A stretch of 43,884 bases of DNA from Octopus bimaculoides (taxonomy: Eukaryota): assembly GCF_001194135.2 (NCBI RefSeq), contig NC_068987.1:65798098-65841981 (forward strand), written 5' to 3'. How positions within the stretch are numbered: the first letter of the stretch is position 1; each line of letters begins with the position of its first letter. The notes under the pieces were generated by a model. It made no database searches. It worked only from the letters and a program-made list of their open reading frames with translations, and was not told the DNA's origin. Both the position numbers and the translations under genes were made by a program. Below, in pieces: positions 24,050 to 37,865 of this stretch.

Positions 24050-24450
24050 AATTAACATTTCACACCTGAATCATGGAAAATCAACTAGATGCACATTGGA
24101 GTCGTTTCTCTTCGCATTGCTAACGCTGCTATATTGTTTTAGTGCATTGCGAACATTTTTCAGGACTTTGTTATGCTATCTTGAGCATTTTTCGAAGGAT
24201 CACTTGCATCATGTTAGAATATACACCAACTATGTGTAGCCCACATATCGGTGGTTGTAAGGGTAATCGTGATTTCAATCACTCTGTTTTAGATTGGCTC
24301 TCGCTGGAAGTGCATTGTACCCTACCATATGGAGGAAGGCAACCTAGCTGTCTATTTCCTGTACAGTATGCACTACGATTATATCCGTTGATCAATTTTT
24401 TTCCGTGCTGAATGAGGAGTTCTGTCTTCCTAAACAAAGTAATTTTGCTG
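24050..24450 (-). mobile_element. Possible L1/Tx1 LINE C-terminal relic (zf-RVT-like)
   Basis: The minus-strand peptide VAFLHMVGYNALPARANLKQ resembles the F.W....NALPTR.NL motif. It is heavily decayed. Confidence 0.25.
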
Positions 24451-26629
24451 CAATGTATAATTGAATCTGCCGAAGCTCTTCGGGTACGATACCAAGTCTA
24501 CTTTTACCATTTTGACGTGATTTCCATTGGTTCCATTTGCATATCAATCAACATAGAGTGATTATCCTTTCATTTCCAGTTTAAACTTTGCATGCTCCTT
24601 CCTGTAAACCCTATTGAAATAGTCTTGTGAAGACTGGTCTCCACAGTATCATGTGAAAGCGAGATTACACATTAAAATCTACTATTCCTACCAACAACTA
24701 TAAGATCTATTGACTGCACGTAACCAGCAATAATAATATAGTAAACTTTAGGTTAGTTAAAATATGTTTTCGACATATTTCAACTCCTAATATACAAATT
24801 CATTGCAGTTATTGTGGAGAAAATATCTCTCTTATGATAAAAAGGTGTGAAAACACCCGGTGTTTTCAGTGTCGCCATCTATAACGATTCGCAAACATCG
24901 ATGTTTCGAGTTTTTTTTATTCTTGTCAATGGAATGTACCTAAGAGCAGCAACCCTGAAAAAGCTTATAAAGCAATAGCTTTATATAAAATTCAGTCAGC
25001 AATGTTGACTGATTTGCGCTGTTTAGTAGTAATTTATTAGTAATTTCCCAATGTTTAACAACTATAATCTATATTCAACCAGTAACAACAGTCATTCAAT
25101 ATAAATATTTCTCTCTTTCCCATCAAAAGTAACCTGGCCATTTCTATACATCTGTAGCTTATAGATCTTAACTAAATGGAGCGAAGCATTGCAGTGTTCC
25201 TCCACAGGTTATCAATAAAAATCCTGAGTTCGACAACACATCAGTTCAGCATGTTTGTATTACAAAGGGCAGTTTGAGTATTCAATAATCTAGAAGAGTT
25301 TAATGGTTAGTTAATAGCTCAACTTCTTGCTGTGATATGTTTCAGACAACAAAAAAGAAGTATGAGTGCACAAGATTAAGGCATTCATGCGTAGAAAACC
25401 AGAGTCACATCACGTCATTCGTTTTTCATTGGCCAGGTTTGATTAAATTTTTTTTGTTGATTATCTACAGGTCAGCCTTGTAATTTGAAATAGATTTGCT
25501 TGTTAGATATTCCAGCTCGAGTAATCACGAAGGCGATTCTTCGTTGAATTGCGCAGAAGCATGGAGCGGGTTGGTTATTGGTGAGTGGAATGATCTCGAT
25601 GAACTTGGTTAGATCCAATAAAAAATTGTTTTAAAGAGCAAGGAGGAAAAGAATGGACGTTGGAAAAAATAAATCACCTAGATTACTCCACACTTACTAC
25701 AAAGGTGTGCCGTTCATATAGTATTTCACTGCCAAGATCAGAAAATGTTTCGCTGCGATACATTAATATCATAAGCTCTTTAATTAATCTAATACTAAAG
25801 TAAACTATAATTAGAAGGAAAGCAGTTCATCCAAAAATTTTTTACCACAACAAACATCATAAAAATCCAAAAGTGCAATCCAACTGCCTGAATGCAGTTG
25901 CAGCTGCATCATTTCCTGTATTCTCAACGATAAGTTTCTCACAAAAACACTGGTGTTTGCAGATGGAATATAAGGAGGATGAAAAGCCAAATATATACAG
26001 CGCACATGTCTCTTTAATTTATAAGTAGATTTCCTTCCACATAATTATTTCAGTACGCCAAGGAACTGAACAATAATAGACTTGGAGATACTGCATCGTG
26101 GAAACAACAACTCTATATTCTAACTGTTCAAAACGATGCATCATAGGTCTGGCCGATCATCACAATATCTTCAAGATATTAAATTCGAGATATTGATTAT
26201 AATAACTATCAACAAATTCTGTTACTGGATGCATAACCACTCACACCAACTGATCCCAGTTATCCTGCAATACTAATATGACAATAATTTTGTGTTGCGC
26301 TGTATTATATATTTAACTACTATCAGATGTTGCAGTGTAGAGATGTTTCTCTTATGCAACAAGACCAACATTTGGTGTGACTATATCTCGAAAGATATAG
26401 TCAGATATTAACCTTTCAATTCTCTTAACACACTTGGTTAGGTATGAACATTGAAAAAGGAATAACGTATGATGTTGTCCATGTTTCGTTGCCCTGAATA
26501 GTATAATGAATTACTACATGTATCTTGTTTTAATCTTGACACCTCTCAGTTAACGAGAGACTGAGTGAACCATCAATTTTGAAAATACTCATACATACGA
26601 ACATACACACACACACGTAAATATATACA

Positions 26630-26733
26630 AATGTATGTATGTATGTATGTATGTATGTATGTATGCATGCATATATATATATATGTATGCATGTATGTGT
26701 ATCTATCTATATATATATGTATGTATATGTATG

Positions 26734-26766
<33 letters not shown>

Positions 26767-26975
26767 NNNNNNNNNNNNNNNNNNNNNNNNNNNNNNNNNN
26801 NNNNNNNNNNNNNNNNNNNNNNNNNNNNNNNNNNNNNNNNNNNNNNNNNNNNNNNNNNNNNNNNNNNNNNNNNNNNNNNNNNNNNNNNNNNNNNNNNNNN
26901 NNNNNNNNNNNNNNNNNNNNNNNNNNNNNNNNNNNNNNNNNNNNNNNNNNNNNNNNNNNNNNNNNNNNNNNNNNN
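26630..26975. repeat. (TATG)n/(TA)n microsatellite running into a gap (N 26767-26975)
   Basis: Directly visible. Confidence 0.95.
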
Positions 26976-28379
26976 TGTTTCGACACATCTAGCATCGATC
27001 CCTAACGGTTGTGACACTTAACTGGTTCAGAAGCATCCGGTCGTGCTGATGTATCTCATCGGGTGATAAATAGATGCAACTCGTTAAAATAAGAGTTCCA
27101 CAATGTATCTTCTTATTTCGTAGAATGAAAAGCAGCAAAACGAAGAAAAAGCGAGAAAAGTATTAAAAATAAGCGTTAACAGTTATTGACGTATAAACGC
27201 CCTCGCGCTAGCTGCATGGCGCGTGTACACTCGCTCATACAAGCATCTGCGAAAATGTAAGCATACGCACACGTGTGGTTTGGTGCACTTACGATCACAA
27301 AGCGAGTTAAAAAGATCTACTTGTTGTTCCTAAGAATGGAGAGGTGAAAGTGAAACTTAATTCACCCATACCTTAAAGTAAATTATGATAACGGTTACTC
27401 AAATTTGTGTTGCAAGATTCCTGATATGAAGTCGTGTGTTAAAACAGAAATGGTCGTATTTCGGGAGGGTCATTTCTTTTTGTCAAATAAACACACGCAC
27501 TATATATTCGTTCTTCACTCGTTTATTACTGTTCTTATTCTAAATTATATCCATTGTCCAGCAATCTTTCGTCAAAGAGTGTGTTTTCTTGCTCTGCTTA
27601 TTCCAAGAACAGTAAGTGTATACATACAAAATTTTAAAGAAAATGAAATAAAAGGAATAACTCTTAGTGGTCAGTAGCATAAATGTAGATGAAAAAGAAG
27701 TAAAGGCTTATTCTAGATACCATACAAAGTAGATTATTTATTTATTGAAACTATTTTCGCCTCGAGAGAAATTTGCTGCAATTCTGAGCGACTCTGAATA
27801 CGAAGAGGATACAGTTTAAAGGAATCAAAAACATTCCGGACTTAGTACACCATTGAGGAAAAGAGTGTTTGGTCGTTTTCAGGAGACAAGAGAACAGGTG
27901 TGAACTCGTGTTTCTGCGTCGATATGTATTATCAGCACAGTAGCTGTCTTAACTTGACTCAAGCCAGGTATGTATATATGTATATATATTTATGTGTGTG
28001 TATCTACGTATGAATGGATTGACATTATCCTTATCAGTCCGTGGTCAATAAAATACGCACAATCAAATTATTTTATCGATTTAACCGATTGTAGCTTCTA
28101 TGACATATTTGAAGTACCTTGCTATTATGTTTGAAATGAAATAATCATTATCATTTTTGTGATCATTATATCTATGGCACTCCTACTTCTGCTGTTGAAG
28201 TGCATCGTCTGTTACTAGCAACAGAGTGGGGGAGTGAGAGAAAGGCCATCGTACAACGGCAAAGAAGTAGCACTAGTAGAAAATACAAACATAGGTACTA
28301 GTAATATCAGTATAAGTATTAATAGTAGTATTCATAGTAACGTTCATTTTAATAGCAGTTGCAGTAGCCGAAGGCTGTA

Positions 28380-28444
28380 GTGGTGGTAGTAGTAATTTCA
28401 GTTGCACTGTCGATGGTGGTAGTAATAATAGTAATAGTAGTAGT

Positions 28445-28505
<61 letters not shown>

Positions 28506-28614
28506 ATAGTAGTAGTAGTGACTACTCCAGCTGCAGTGTTAAATCTGTCATTGGTAGCTGTAGTGATGATTAAGTTATGGTTAGGGTGATAGCTGCGGTT
28601 AATGCAGTTCTGAC

Positions 28615-28669
<55 letters not shown>

Positions 28670-28760
28670 ACAGCAGCAGGAGCAGCAGCAGTTATGATTA
28701 TTGTAGTCGTGTTTGCATCAATGGCAGTTGTAGTAGCACTACTAGTAGCTGTGGTAACTA
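28380..28760. repeat. (GTA)n/(GCA)n trinucleotide arrays with decayed flanks
   Basis: Directly visible. Confidence 0.9.
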
Positions 28761-28950
28761 TTAGTGGTAACAAAAGAAGAAATGGAAGTGCAAGAAGGAA
28801 AATTGAGAAGTTTATGTAGTTTTAGTCCCATATCAGCCATGATCTAATAGAACTATAGTCAAAGGCAGTCTTACTGTAGCTATCCTAGTTTTACAGATAA
28901 AGTGTATTTCAGGTTCTATTGTTATATTTTACAGAAAGATGACAGTGTGT

Positions 28951-28953
<3 letters not shown>

Positions 28954-29039
<86 letters not shown>

Positions 29040-29084
29040 TAGATAGACAGAGAGAGAAAGAAAAAGAGAGAAATAAGGAGATAA

Positions 29085-29116
<32 letters not shown>

Positions 29117-29460
29117 TGAGAGACATGGAGAGAGAGTGTGATAGACATTTGGCTGCTATTTCTAGTTTGTTGAAGGCAACGTAGGTTATCCCTCATAAGC
29201 TGGAGCAAGGGGGAAAAGGAGGAGGAGGAGGAGGAGGACGAAGAGTAGGCGGAGGATAGAATTAGAAGACCAAGAGATCGAGAAATGGAAGAATAGGAAA
29301 CAGAAGGGGAGGAAAAAGAAGGCGAAAATGAGTAACAATGGTGGAGGAGAGAAAAATGAAGAAAGAGAGGGAGAAGAAAAGAAATAAAGAATGCACAGTC
29401 GAAATACATAAGAAAAACAGAAGTAGAAGAGGAAGTTGGAGGAGAGAGCCAAGATAAAGA
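28954..29460. repeat. (GA)n and purine-rich low-complexity tract
   Basis: Directly visible. Confidence 0.9.
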
Positions 29461-29629
29461 ACTAGGTATGTTGGTTGGTTATGATGTAGTTAGAGAACCA
29501 ATCGCCATGGCAACAGTCTGCAATGATGGGTGTGCAGCAGTATTGACAAGCTGCACTCTGATTCTGCATATCTTACTGCAAGTTGTCAGATTCGGATTTC
29601 ACAGTAAAACATTCTCATTGTGGAAGTAT

Positions 29630-29945
29630 ACTCTAATGGTTGTGATGGTTGTGTTGGTTGTGTTGGTAATGCTGGAGGTGAAAATGTTGGTAAAGGAGGT
29701 GTTGGTGCTGGTGTTATTGGAAGTGATGATGGTTGTAGAGTCGGTAATAATTCGTGGTTATAGTCTTGGTTATAGTGGTAGTGGTATTGTTTGTGGTGAT
29801 GGTGTTCTTGATGGTACTGACGGTTGTAGTATTTCTGGCACCTGTGTTAGTTGAAGAGGTGCTGTTATTTTTGATGGTATTGATAATGGTGAAGGTGATA
29901 GTCTTGGTGTTTTTGATAGTGCTGGTCATAGTGATAGAATGAAAG
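29630..29945. repeat. Decayed GGT/GTT/GAT trinucleotide low-complexity tract
   Basis: Strong G/T bias with a 3-nt period. Confidence 0.75.
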
Positions 29946-30658
29946 CAGCGAGATTATTTACGATGATAAAGAACGCCGAGAATGTGACGTCGAAGAGTTG
30001 TAGCATTAATGCTATGTTGTTGTAATGGTTTCAGAAAGGTGAGAGTAGTGGCGGCTGTGATATGCTGGGGCCGATAAGGATTTTTGTTTACGATAATGTA
30101 GTAAGAGTTATAGTAGATTGGTATTAATGGATATGTTGTTAGTGTTCTTAGTGGCGGAAATGGTTGTGAGTTGCGGTAATAGTCAAACAATGTACACGGT
30201 TCAGGTTTTGATGGTGTGAAATAATTTAAACACTTAATTTTTTTAAAGTAAATAGAAGAGCATAAACATTCCTGCACATGAATATCCAGACATACTGTAA
30301 AAGATAATCCGTTTATACAAATCATATAAGTAAATGCTTACTTGTAAATACTTATAACGAGATAGCAAACGCCCACTTCACATAGATATAAACTATCAGT
30401 AGTAAAATCTCTATTTTAGAAGCTTCTCTAGAAAGGGACGATAAGATAAAGAAATCAGCAGACTAAAACAATGAAGAACAGATATTGTAACAAACTAGTA
30501 AACCAAAGCATGGAGAAATACACTTGTACTAATACACCTCCATAAATACATCAGGCGCTGCACCTTTTGAAAATATATAAATTTCCATATCAAGTGTATT
30601 ATGTGCATTAGACGTAAATGAACTACACAACAGACAGGTTTATGAAAATAAACTTTAT

Positions 30659-30735
30659 ATATCGTATATCTCAGCATACAAGTCAAAATTTTCAGACCAA
30701 AATTTTCCGAGAAAAATGGTATCGACTTATGTGAC
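30659..30735 (+). mobile_element. Possible end of a Tc2/Tc1-mariner-type MITE
   Basis: TA|TCGTATATCTCAGCATACAAGTC...ATCGACTTAT resembles CCGTATATACTCG..TATAAGTCGA-type termini from recall. The partner end was not found. Confidence 0.3.
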
Positions 30736-31546
30736 AAGACGAGTTTGAAGGACTAAATATTCTATGTGAATTGTAGCATGATTTGCAAAGACAGTGATGA
30801 TGTTTGAATGTTTACACTAGATTTGCAATGCGTCGACTTGTATGCCGGAAATTATAGTAAAGAAAATAGTCATATTACACAAAGCAAAAACTTAATAATA
30901 CACTAATTACAAAATCACTAAAATTTCAAAACGTACCGGCAACAGGCCGTAAACATGTTAATACAGGAAATATCCTAACTGACTAATAATATTTAATTTA
31001 GATTGCGTAAATATTATAAACATCAGTACTCTGTTTTAGTGGACGTATTCTACCTCTGACCCACAATGCAATTAAAGCAAGAAGTAAATGCAACCCTCTG
31101 CACCATAAAACACGAAGCAAAATTGCAAAGGTGTAACATTAGCAGTCAGCCATTTATTTTTTTAAAGAATTACCCCTATTCCAAATAGTTGACTTACATA
31201 TTTTTGCTATTTCTTTTATAAACTATTTGCAAACGGCACTTAAATAGAAACATTTCCGCCACAAACTCCGTTTCTTAATTCAAATTTCCATTCAGTAATT
31301 TCGTAACATACTTAATTGTACTAATAATCAAGAATTAACCTCAAAATTGTTGACCTTTAGCAAAGACTTGCATATTTTTAAGATCCACTTCCAAGTTTTG
31401 TGCATATGGCGCGCAAACTAATCCCATTTACCCCACCACCTCCTCCATTTTACTAACATAATCAAAAGCACAAATAATTATAGAAACAAATGTGAATATA
31501 TACTCCTATTAGCGGGTCTCTAGGTCTCCAATTTGCTGTATACGTG

Positions 31547-31582
<36 letters not shown>

Positions 31583-31619
31583 AAGAAAGAATGTGACTAC
31601 CTAACTCATTTTGAATGCA

Positions 31620-32240
31620 AAACTATCTTCTATAGTCTCTACCAAATCCATCAAAACCAAACGATTATGGATGCCTGCAAAGAATCAACTTCAAGTTGTA
31701 TAAACACACAATATCCCACTGATCTTAGATTAAAACCAATTGTAGTAGGTCCGAACTGTGAAACATACAGACTCAGAAATGTTATATATATTCGACTGAA
31801 ACCCATGTTAACATACTTGTAAAAGGATCACCTGGATCTCTTAAACCACCTCCTTAAATAAAACATCAACAAGCTAACATTATTGTATCATTTGATGTAG
31901 TAAACATCTTTCTACATCTCCATACCAATATAGACTAGAGGTGAATTCCACCATGAAATCCTGGGCAGAATTGTGAAAAGTTTCATCCCCGGTGACTAAA
32001 AAATCATCCTTGAAAACGACTTTTTGACTTTTATCATAATATTTACAAACAAATATATAGGACCATATTGGACACTAACGTTTCTCCGATTTATGCCAAT
32101 TTAATGATAACATATATGGAGGTCTATATATATGAACAACAAACAGCAAACATTAAAATTCGGTTTGGACTTCCATAAGTATTTACTAGAAAACTGGAAA
32201 CGTTACTTAGATGGCCACCTGATTATTTATTTCAAACCTC
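31620..32240 (+). mobile_element. Second Penelope-like RT relic, similar to the 16.7-kb element
   Basis: Peptides LRLKPIVVGPNCETYRL..IRLKPML; KDHLDLLNHL; IIVSFDVVNI; SPIYANLMITYME; LENWKRYLD are collinear with the PLE RT motifs at 16.8-17.2 kb. The relic starts shortly after (TA)n(CA)n at 31545-31582. Confidence 0.8.
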
Positions 32241-33681
32241 ATTACCAGCATAAGTAATAGTATTAACTTAATCGTAGGATACAAGAAAGCCTACACACAT
32301 GTTTTTAGAGCTTCTTTTGACAGGTGATAAAAAATTACATATATGAAAAAAGAGGTGTTTTTTTCTCTAACTTTTATGCAACCGTTTGTTCATAATTTTT
32401 CTTTTTACGATACGGAAATCATTCATCTATAGAATATGAATTGTTGAGAATTCTTTCTACAAGAAATAATATTTCAATCCAGGCAGGTTGGCTAATAACA
32501 TCCGCTTGGTTTCATAATAATGTGTACATGTCTGAAAATATATTCTGAGTATTTGATTTACAAACTTCTTTAATCAATGGTTCATAGATGTCTTCTTTTT
32601 ATATTTTCTCACCATATTGATGTTATGTGGACAGCCGACTTACACAACAGAGCGTGTTCTTGTTTTGTGGTCTCATGAAACAATATTAAGTCAGTTATGT
32701 CTTACTATAGTTTCTATTTATAATCTTGTTTCATCAATTTGTTAATTCTGATATTTTATTTCTTCCTTTCTCACTCTATTGTAGATTGTTCTGACAACTA
32801 CCTCATAACGTTTCCATGTAAGTTCTGATGGCATAAACATGTTGATTCTCGATGTCAAGATTTTAGCGTGGTTTATTCCAACTATACATTATGGTTCTCG
32901 TTTCTATATACAACACTTTCAATAAACTGGTTTGTTATATTCATTTTGCTATCACTCCCTATCTCCATACGAAGTGATAACAAAATTGTATTTATTTTAC
33001 TGCTTTAAATTTTGTTAGCGTTTAACACCTGTTCACACTAATCACACATCCCCTTTTGTCCATCCAATATATTTACCAGATTTTTATCTAACATTATGTA
33101 CTGTGACCTTCCTTTGTTAAGACAAATTTGAGAGGAACTCGTTTGCTAATGACGGTTGCTTCTGATAGGACTTTATGCAGGAGATGCATGGGGACTTTAA
33201 CCCCAATGTCCCTCCCAGGGGTAGTCTGAGGAAATCTTGTCAGAATGGATTTGGATGCTATTTCTAGGAGGTCAAGCGGCCACATACGAGCCTTCTCTTT
33301 TGGTTTGTCGCTAAAATTGCTGATTTTCTAATGAATATTTATAAAAGATATCAATTCCAGAACTTAACTGACCGAGAAATCTAATATTGAACCTTCCCCA
33401 ACACTCCACTACTACCAAACACAAGTAAACTAAAAACAACAAGAACATAACTACCCTGGACTCGTTCATGGATAAAAATCGAATCATTGCTTGAAATAGC
33501 AAGAAAAATATTAAAAAGTAATGGCGTAAATCAGGATAAATATGTTTGAAGCTGTTTATGAAATATTTCTCACCAGGGAGCATATTATTAGAAAATCTAT
33601 TCCGCAGATATCAGTAGGTTTTAGACTATAACATTTCAGAATGTACACAGACGCAAACCAAACCGTGTGCTGAAACGATTG

Positions 33682-33693
33682 CATGTATGTATG

Positions 33694-33755
<62 letters not shown>

Positions 33756-34770
33756 TGTATGTATGTATGTATGTATGTATGTATGCATGCATGCATGTAT
33801 GTATGTATGTATGTATGTATGTATGTATGTATGTATATATANNNNNNNNNNNNNNNNNNNNNNNNNNNNNNNNNNNNNNNNNNNNNNNNNNNNNNNNNNN
33901 NNNNNNNNNNNNNNNNNNNNNNNNNNNNNNNNNNNNNNNNNNNNNNNNNNNNNNNNNNNNNNNNNNNNNNNNNNNNNNNNNNNNNNNNNNNNNNNNNNNN
34001 NNNNNNNNNNNNNNNNNNNNNNNNNNNNNNNNNNNNNNNNNNNNNNNNNNNNNNNNNNNNNNNNNNNNNNNNNNNNNNNNNNNNNNNNNNNNNNNNNNNN
34101 NNNNNNNNNNNNNNNNNNNNNNNNNNNNNNNNNNNNNNNNNNNNNNNNNNNNNNNNNNNNNNNNNNNNNNNNNNNNNNNNNNNNNNNNNNNNNNNNNNNN
34201 NNNNNNNNNNNNNNNNNNNNNNNNNNNNNNNNNNNNNNNNNNNNNNNNNNNNNNNNNNNNNNNNNNNNNNNNNNNNNNNNNNNNNNNNNNNNNNNNNNNN
34301 NNNNNNNNNNNNNNNNNNNNNNNNNNNNNNNNNNNNNNNNNNNNNNNNNNNNNNNNNNNNNNNNNNNNNNNNNNNNNNNNNNNNNNNNNNNNNNNNNNNN
34401 NNNNNNNNNNNNNNNNNNNNNNNNNNNNNNNNNNNNNNNNNNNNNNNNNNNNNNNNNNNNNNNNNNNNNNNNNNNNNNNNNNNNNNNNNNNNNNNNNNNN
34501 NNNNNNNNNNNNNNNNNNNNNNNNNNNNNNNNNNNNNNNNNNNNNNNNNNNNNNNNNNNNNNNNNNNNNNNNNNNNNNNNNNNNNNNNNNNNNNNNNNNN
34601 NNNNNNNNNNNNNNNNNNNNNNNNNNNNNNNNNNNNNNNNNNNNNNNNNNNNNNNNNNNNNNNNNNNNNNNNNNNNNNNNNNNNNNNNNNNNNNNNNNNN
34701 NNNNNNNNNNNNNNNNNNNNNNNNNNNNNNNNNNNNNNNNNNNNATATATATATATATATATATATATAC
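33682..34770. repeat. (TATG)n and (TA)n flanking a gap (N 33842-34744)
   Basis: Directly visible. Confidence 0.95.
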
Positions 34771-35019
34771 TCTTATCGCAAATATGTTAACTCTGTCTTT
34801 TCAATACGTACATAAACGATGCTACACACTTTAGCAGGCAAGCTGAAATTATGTATATTTTGAAAGCTAGCAGTGATTGAAAAATACATACATGCATGCA
34901 TACATACATACATTATAAATACACCTATATGTATGATTCACTCACACATATATACACATACATAAACATGTATAATAATATGAAACTACTTAGTGATATC
35001 GTATTCACGCACATCTAAA

Positions 35020-35052
<33 letters not shown>

Positions 35053-35948
35053 ACACACACACTCACACACAAACACACTCACACAAACACACACACACGC
35101 ACTCATACACATGCGTATATTTTTATATATACATACATATATACATATTTTATTTTGAAAGGTAACCGACACAATTTTTTTAACATATACTATATTAGAC
35201 ACATATACTTTGGAAAAGTTGAAAATAAGATTGAAAGAAAGTGAGTAACACGTAAAATGAATAAATATTTTACATTATGATTAAAATGTTTATAAAGCAT
35301 TTGTTTTTCTCTCAGACATAACCTATTCATAATGTTAATGCTTTCAACAATAAGATCTTTAAATATTTATTTAAATTATCTTTGTCACAAGCGTTCCTCA
35401 TAGTTCCCATTACTTAAATAAAATACAGAATATATCTACCATTAATGACAAAATTTTCTTACAAGCAAACAATGAAGAACCTTGAGCAATGGACAGCTTA
35501 GAAATCACAGAAAACTTCCCTCAAGTTACAAATAAATGTTACAAATAAGGGAATAACAGATTCTAAAGTGTAGTCACGTATATGCAATGTCGGAAAGATA
35601 CTGTATATCAGTATATTTGAATGTTTGTACGGTGTTTCGTTCTTTTTCTACCTTCTATATGGTTGCCGTATATATCTGATAGTGTTTTATATTTTGTGTT
35701 GAATGCATGATTAATGTTGATTGATGTGATTAAAAGTAATGTCACATTTTATAATGCAGTCACGAACAATGTTTGTAAGACAACAGAAGAGAAATCATGT
35801 TTGATTCATAGTATACTGACCAGGGGCTAACCAACAACAATAGCAATAAATCATTTTCAATATTTCCTCGAACATTTTAAAGATAAATTGAAATTCATTG
35901 TATTTTAATGGCAATTTAAAACTGAATCGGGAAAATTCTATGGAATAT

Positions 35949-36099
35949 AATATATATATNNNNNNNNNNNNNNNNNNNNNNNNNNNNNNNNNNNNNNNNN
36001 NNNNNNNNNNNNNNNNNNNNNNNNNNNNNNNNNNNNNNNNNNNNNNNNNNNNNNNNNNNNNNNNNNNNNNNNNNNNNNNNNNNNNNNNNNNNNTATATA
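35949..36099. other. Assembly gap (N 35960-36093) within (TA)n
   Basis: Directly visible. Confidence 0.97.
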
Positions 36100-37095
36100 A
36101 AGGTTTGATAAATGGAAATTAAATCTAATTGATACTTAATACAACCTTTCAAATTGGGTCCGAAACCAATTAACTGAATTTAATGTTGCTTAAATATCTC
36201 TATCATAAGCCGTCAAAAGTAAATTAGAAAATCTTTTCTCATTTGAGATTCAGGCAACGTTTCATATTACATTTAGACAAGTTATTTTTCCTGATATTCT
36301 TCAGATAATTTTCAAACTTTGGCTTTGAAACCTTGAAAATCGGGCTTTCATATAATTTTTTTCCCTCATATCATATACTGATCTCAAGCATGTTTCTATA
36401 TTATTTGAAAACTACTTCCGAATTTACTCAATAACAGGTAGAATATAAGTATAAATTCGACATACAACCTCCATATCAGCATAATAAAAATATCTTAATT
36501 CGGTAGGTGGCCATATGTTCATATAAATAAGGAATTGATGAGTCTCTAAAGCACAGTTCTATTTCAGGTAAAGCAAAAAAATTAATGTCGCAGCTCACAT
36601 ACACTTCAAATATATTTCAGCCATCAGCTTGTGATTACATTGAACTAGATCAGTCTATGAAGGGAGGCGCTACGCGATCGACCACCAACTACGCTGGAAA
36701 GTTAAATCTCCCTTACATTTAATTTTGAAGTTTTACAATGGATGAATATACTAGGATACACTTCTCGTAGTAGATGGACCCTGCATTAATCAATATGCCC
36801 ACTCTTCTCTTTTCAGAAACTTAGCGCTACGGAATCTTCTTTGTACTAATGTCTTACCTACAGGTGTTGATTTAATAATGTGTAAATGAAGCATTATCAT
36901 TACCATCCTCAGCAGCTGTGGAAGGATTGCAATGGTCATGAGCCATGTCTCTTCCTCCAGACGCACGAGATAGAAAATAAGAACTGCACATATGACCACA
37001 ATGTCACGTCCTACCATTTTCTCAGTAACTCTTGCACACCTCCATCTTTAAATGAAATACGTAGAAACCACTTAGATAGCCTGCTTAATAATTCT

Positions 37096-37865
37096 TTCTA
37101 ATTTTGACACAAGGTCAGTAATTTTGATAGGAGGGGGCAAGCAGATAAGATCGTCCCCAGTACTTGACTGTTACTATATGTTATCGGCCACGCAAAAATG
37201 AAAGGCAAAGTCAAGCTCGGCAGAATTTGAACTCGGAGCGTAATGAACAGGCAGTAACATCGTCCAGAGTTTTGTCCAAAGTGCTAAGAATTCCTTTAGA
37301 TCAACCCCTTTATATACCTTATATAAGCTTAGAATTTATGGCTCAAAATCAGTAATTTAAAAGGACGAGCAAGTCGATTGCATCGACCTCAGAAGCCATA
37401 CTATCAATTCCGAAAGAATAAAAGACAAAATTTGATCTCGGCGATATTTTAACCACTGGACGTAAAGAGCGGGAAGAAATGCCATTAAGCATTTGATCCG
37501 ACTCTCTAACGATATTTCCAGCTCGTTGCCTCAGCAACCAATTTAATAATGACTTTAAATTATAGCTCAGAGCCTACAGTTTTAAATGAGGTGGAGGAGA
37601 AGTCGATTACATCCATCCCAGTTCTTGACTGGTACTTATATTCTCGACCATGAAAGGATGAAAGCTAATGTCGATCTAGGTGTAATATGAATAGAGAACA
37701 TAAAGTCGAACTAACTGACACTAAGCATTTTATTCGGCGTGCTAACGGCTCAACGAGCTCATCGCCTCACCAGTAATAATATTTTCAAATTTTGGCGACA
37801 ATTTCGCGGGAGCGGATAAGTCGATTACATCCCTCGAATGATGATAGGCAAAGTCGATCTCGACT
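37096..37865 (-). mobile_element. Head-to-tail array of four diverged SINE family A copies (~37096-37308, 37335-37531, 37553-37767, 37784-37865)
   Basis: Each unit has a variant of AAGTCGATTACATCGACC and of AAAGGCAAAGTCGA. The second and third end in a CAGCTCG..GCCT-like head motif, and the fourth is internally deleted. Confidence 0.85.

Noticed and set aside
29502-29515. ATCGCCATGGCAAC, resembling an RFX X-box
   Set aside because: A single imperfect motif with no identified promoter is expected by chance in 44 kb.
33094-33285. 63-aa minus-strand ORF with higher GC
   Set aside because: It contains the GCTATTTCTAG/CTAGAAATAGC motif also seen near 12060 and 29155, which indicates a dispersed repeat rather than a gene.
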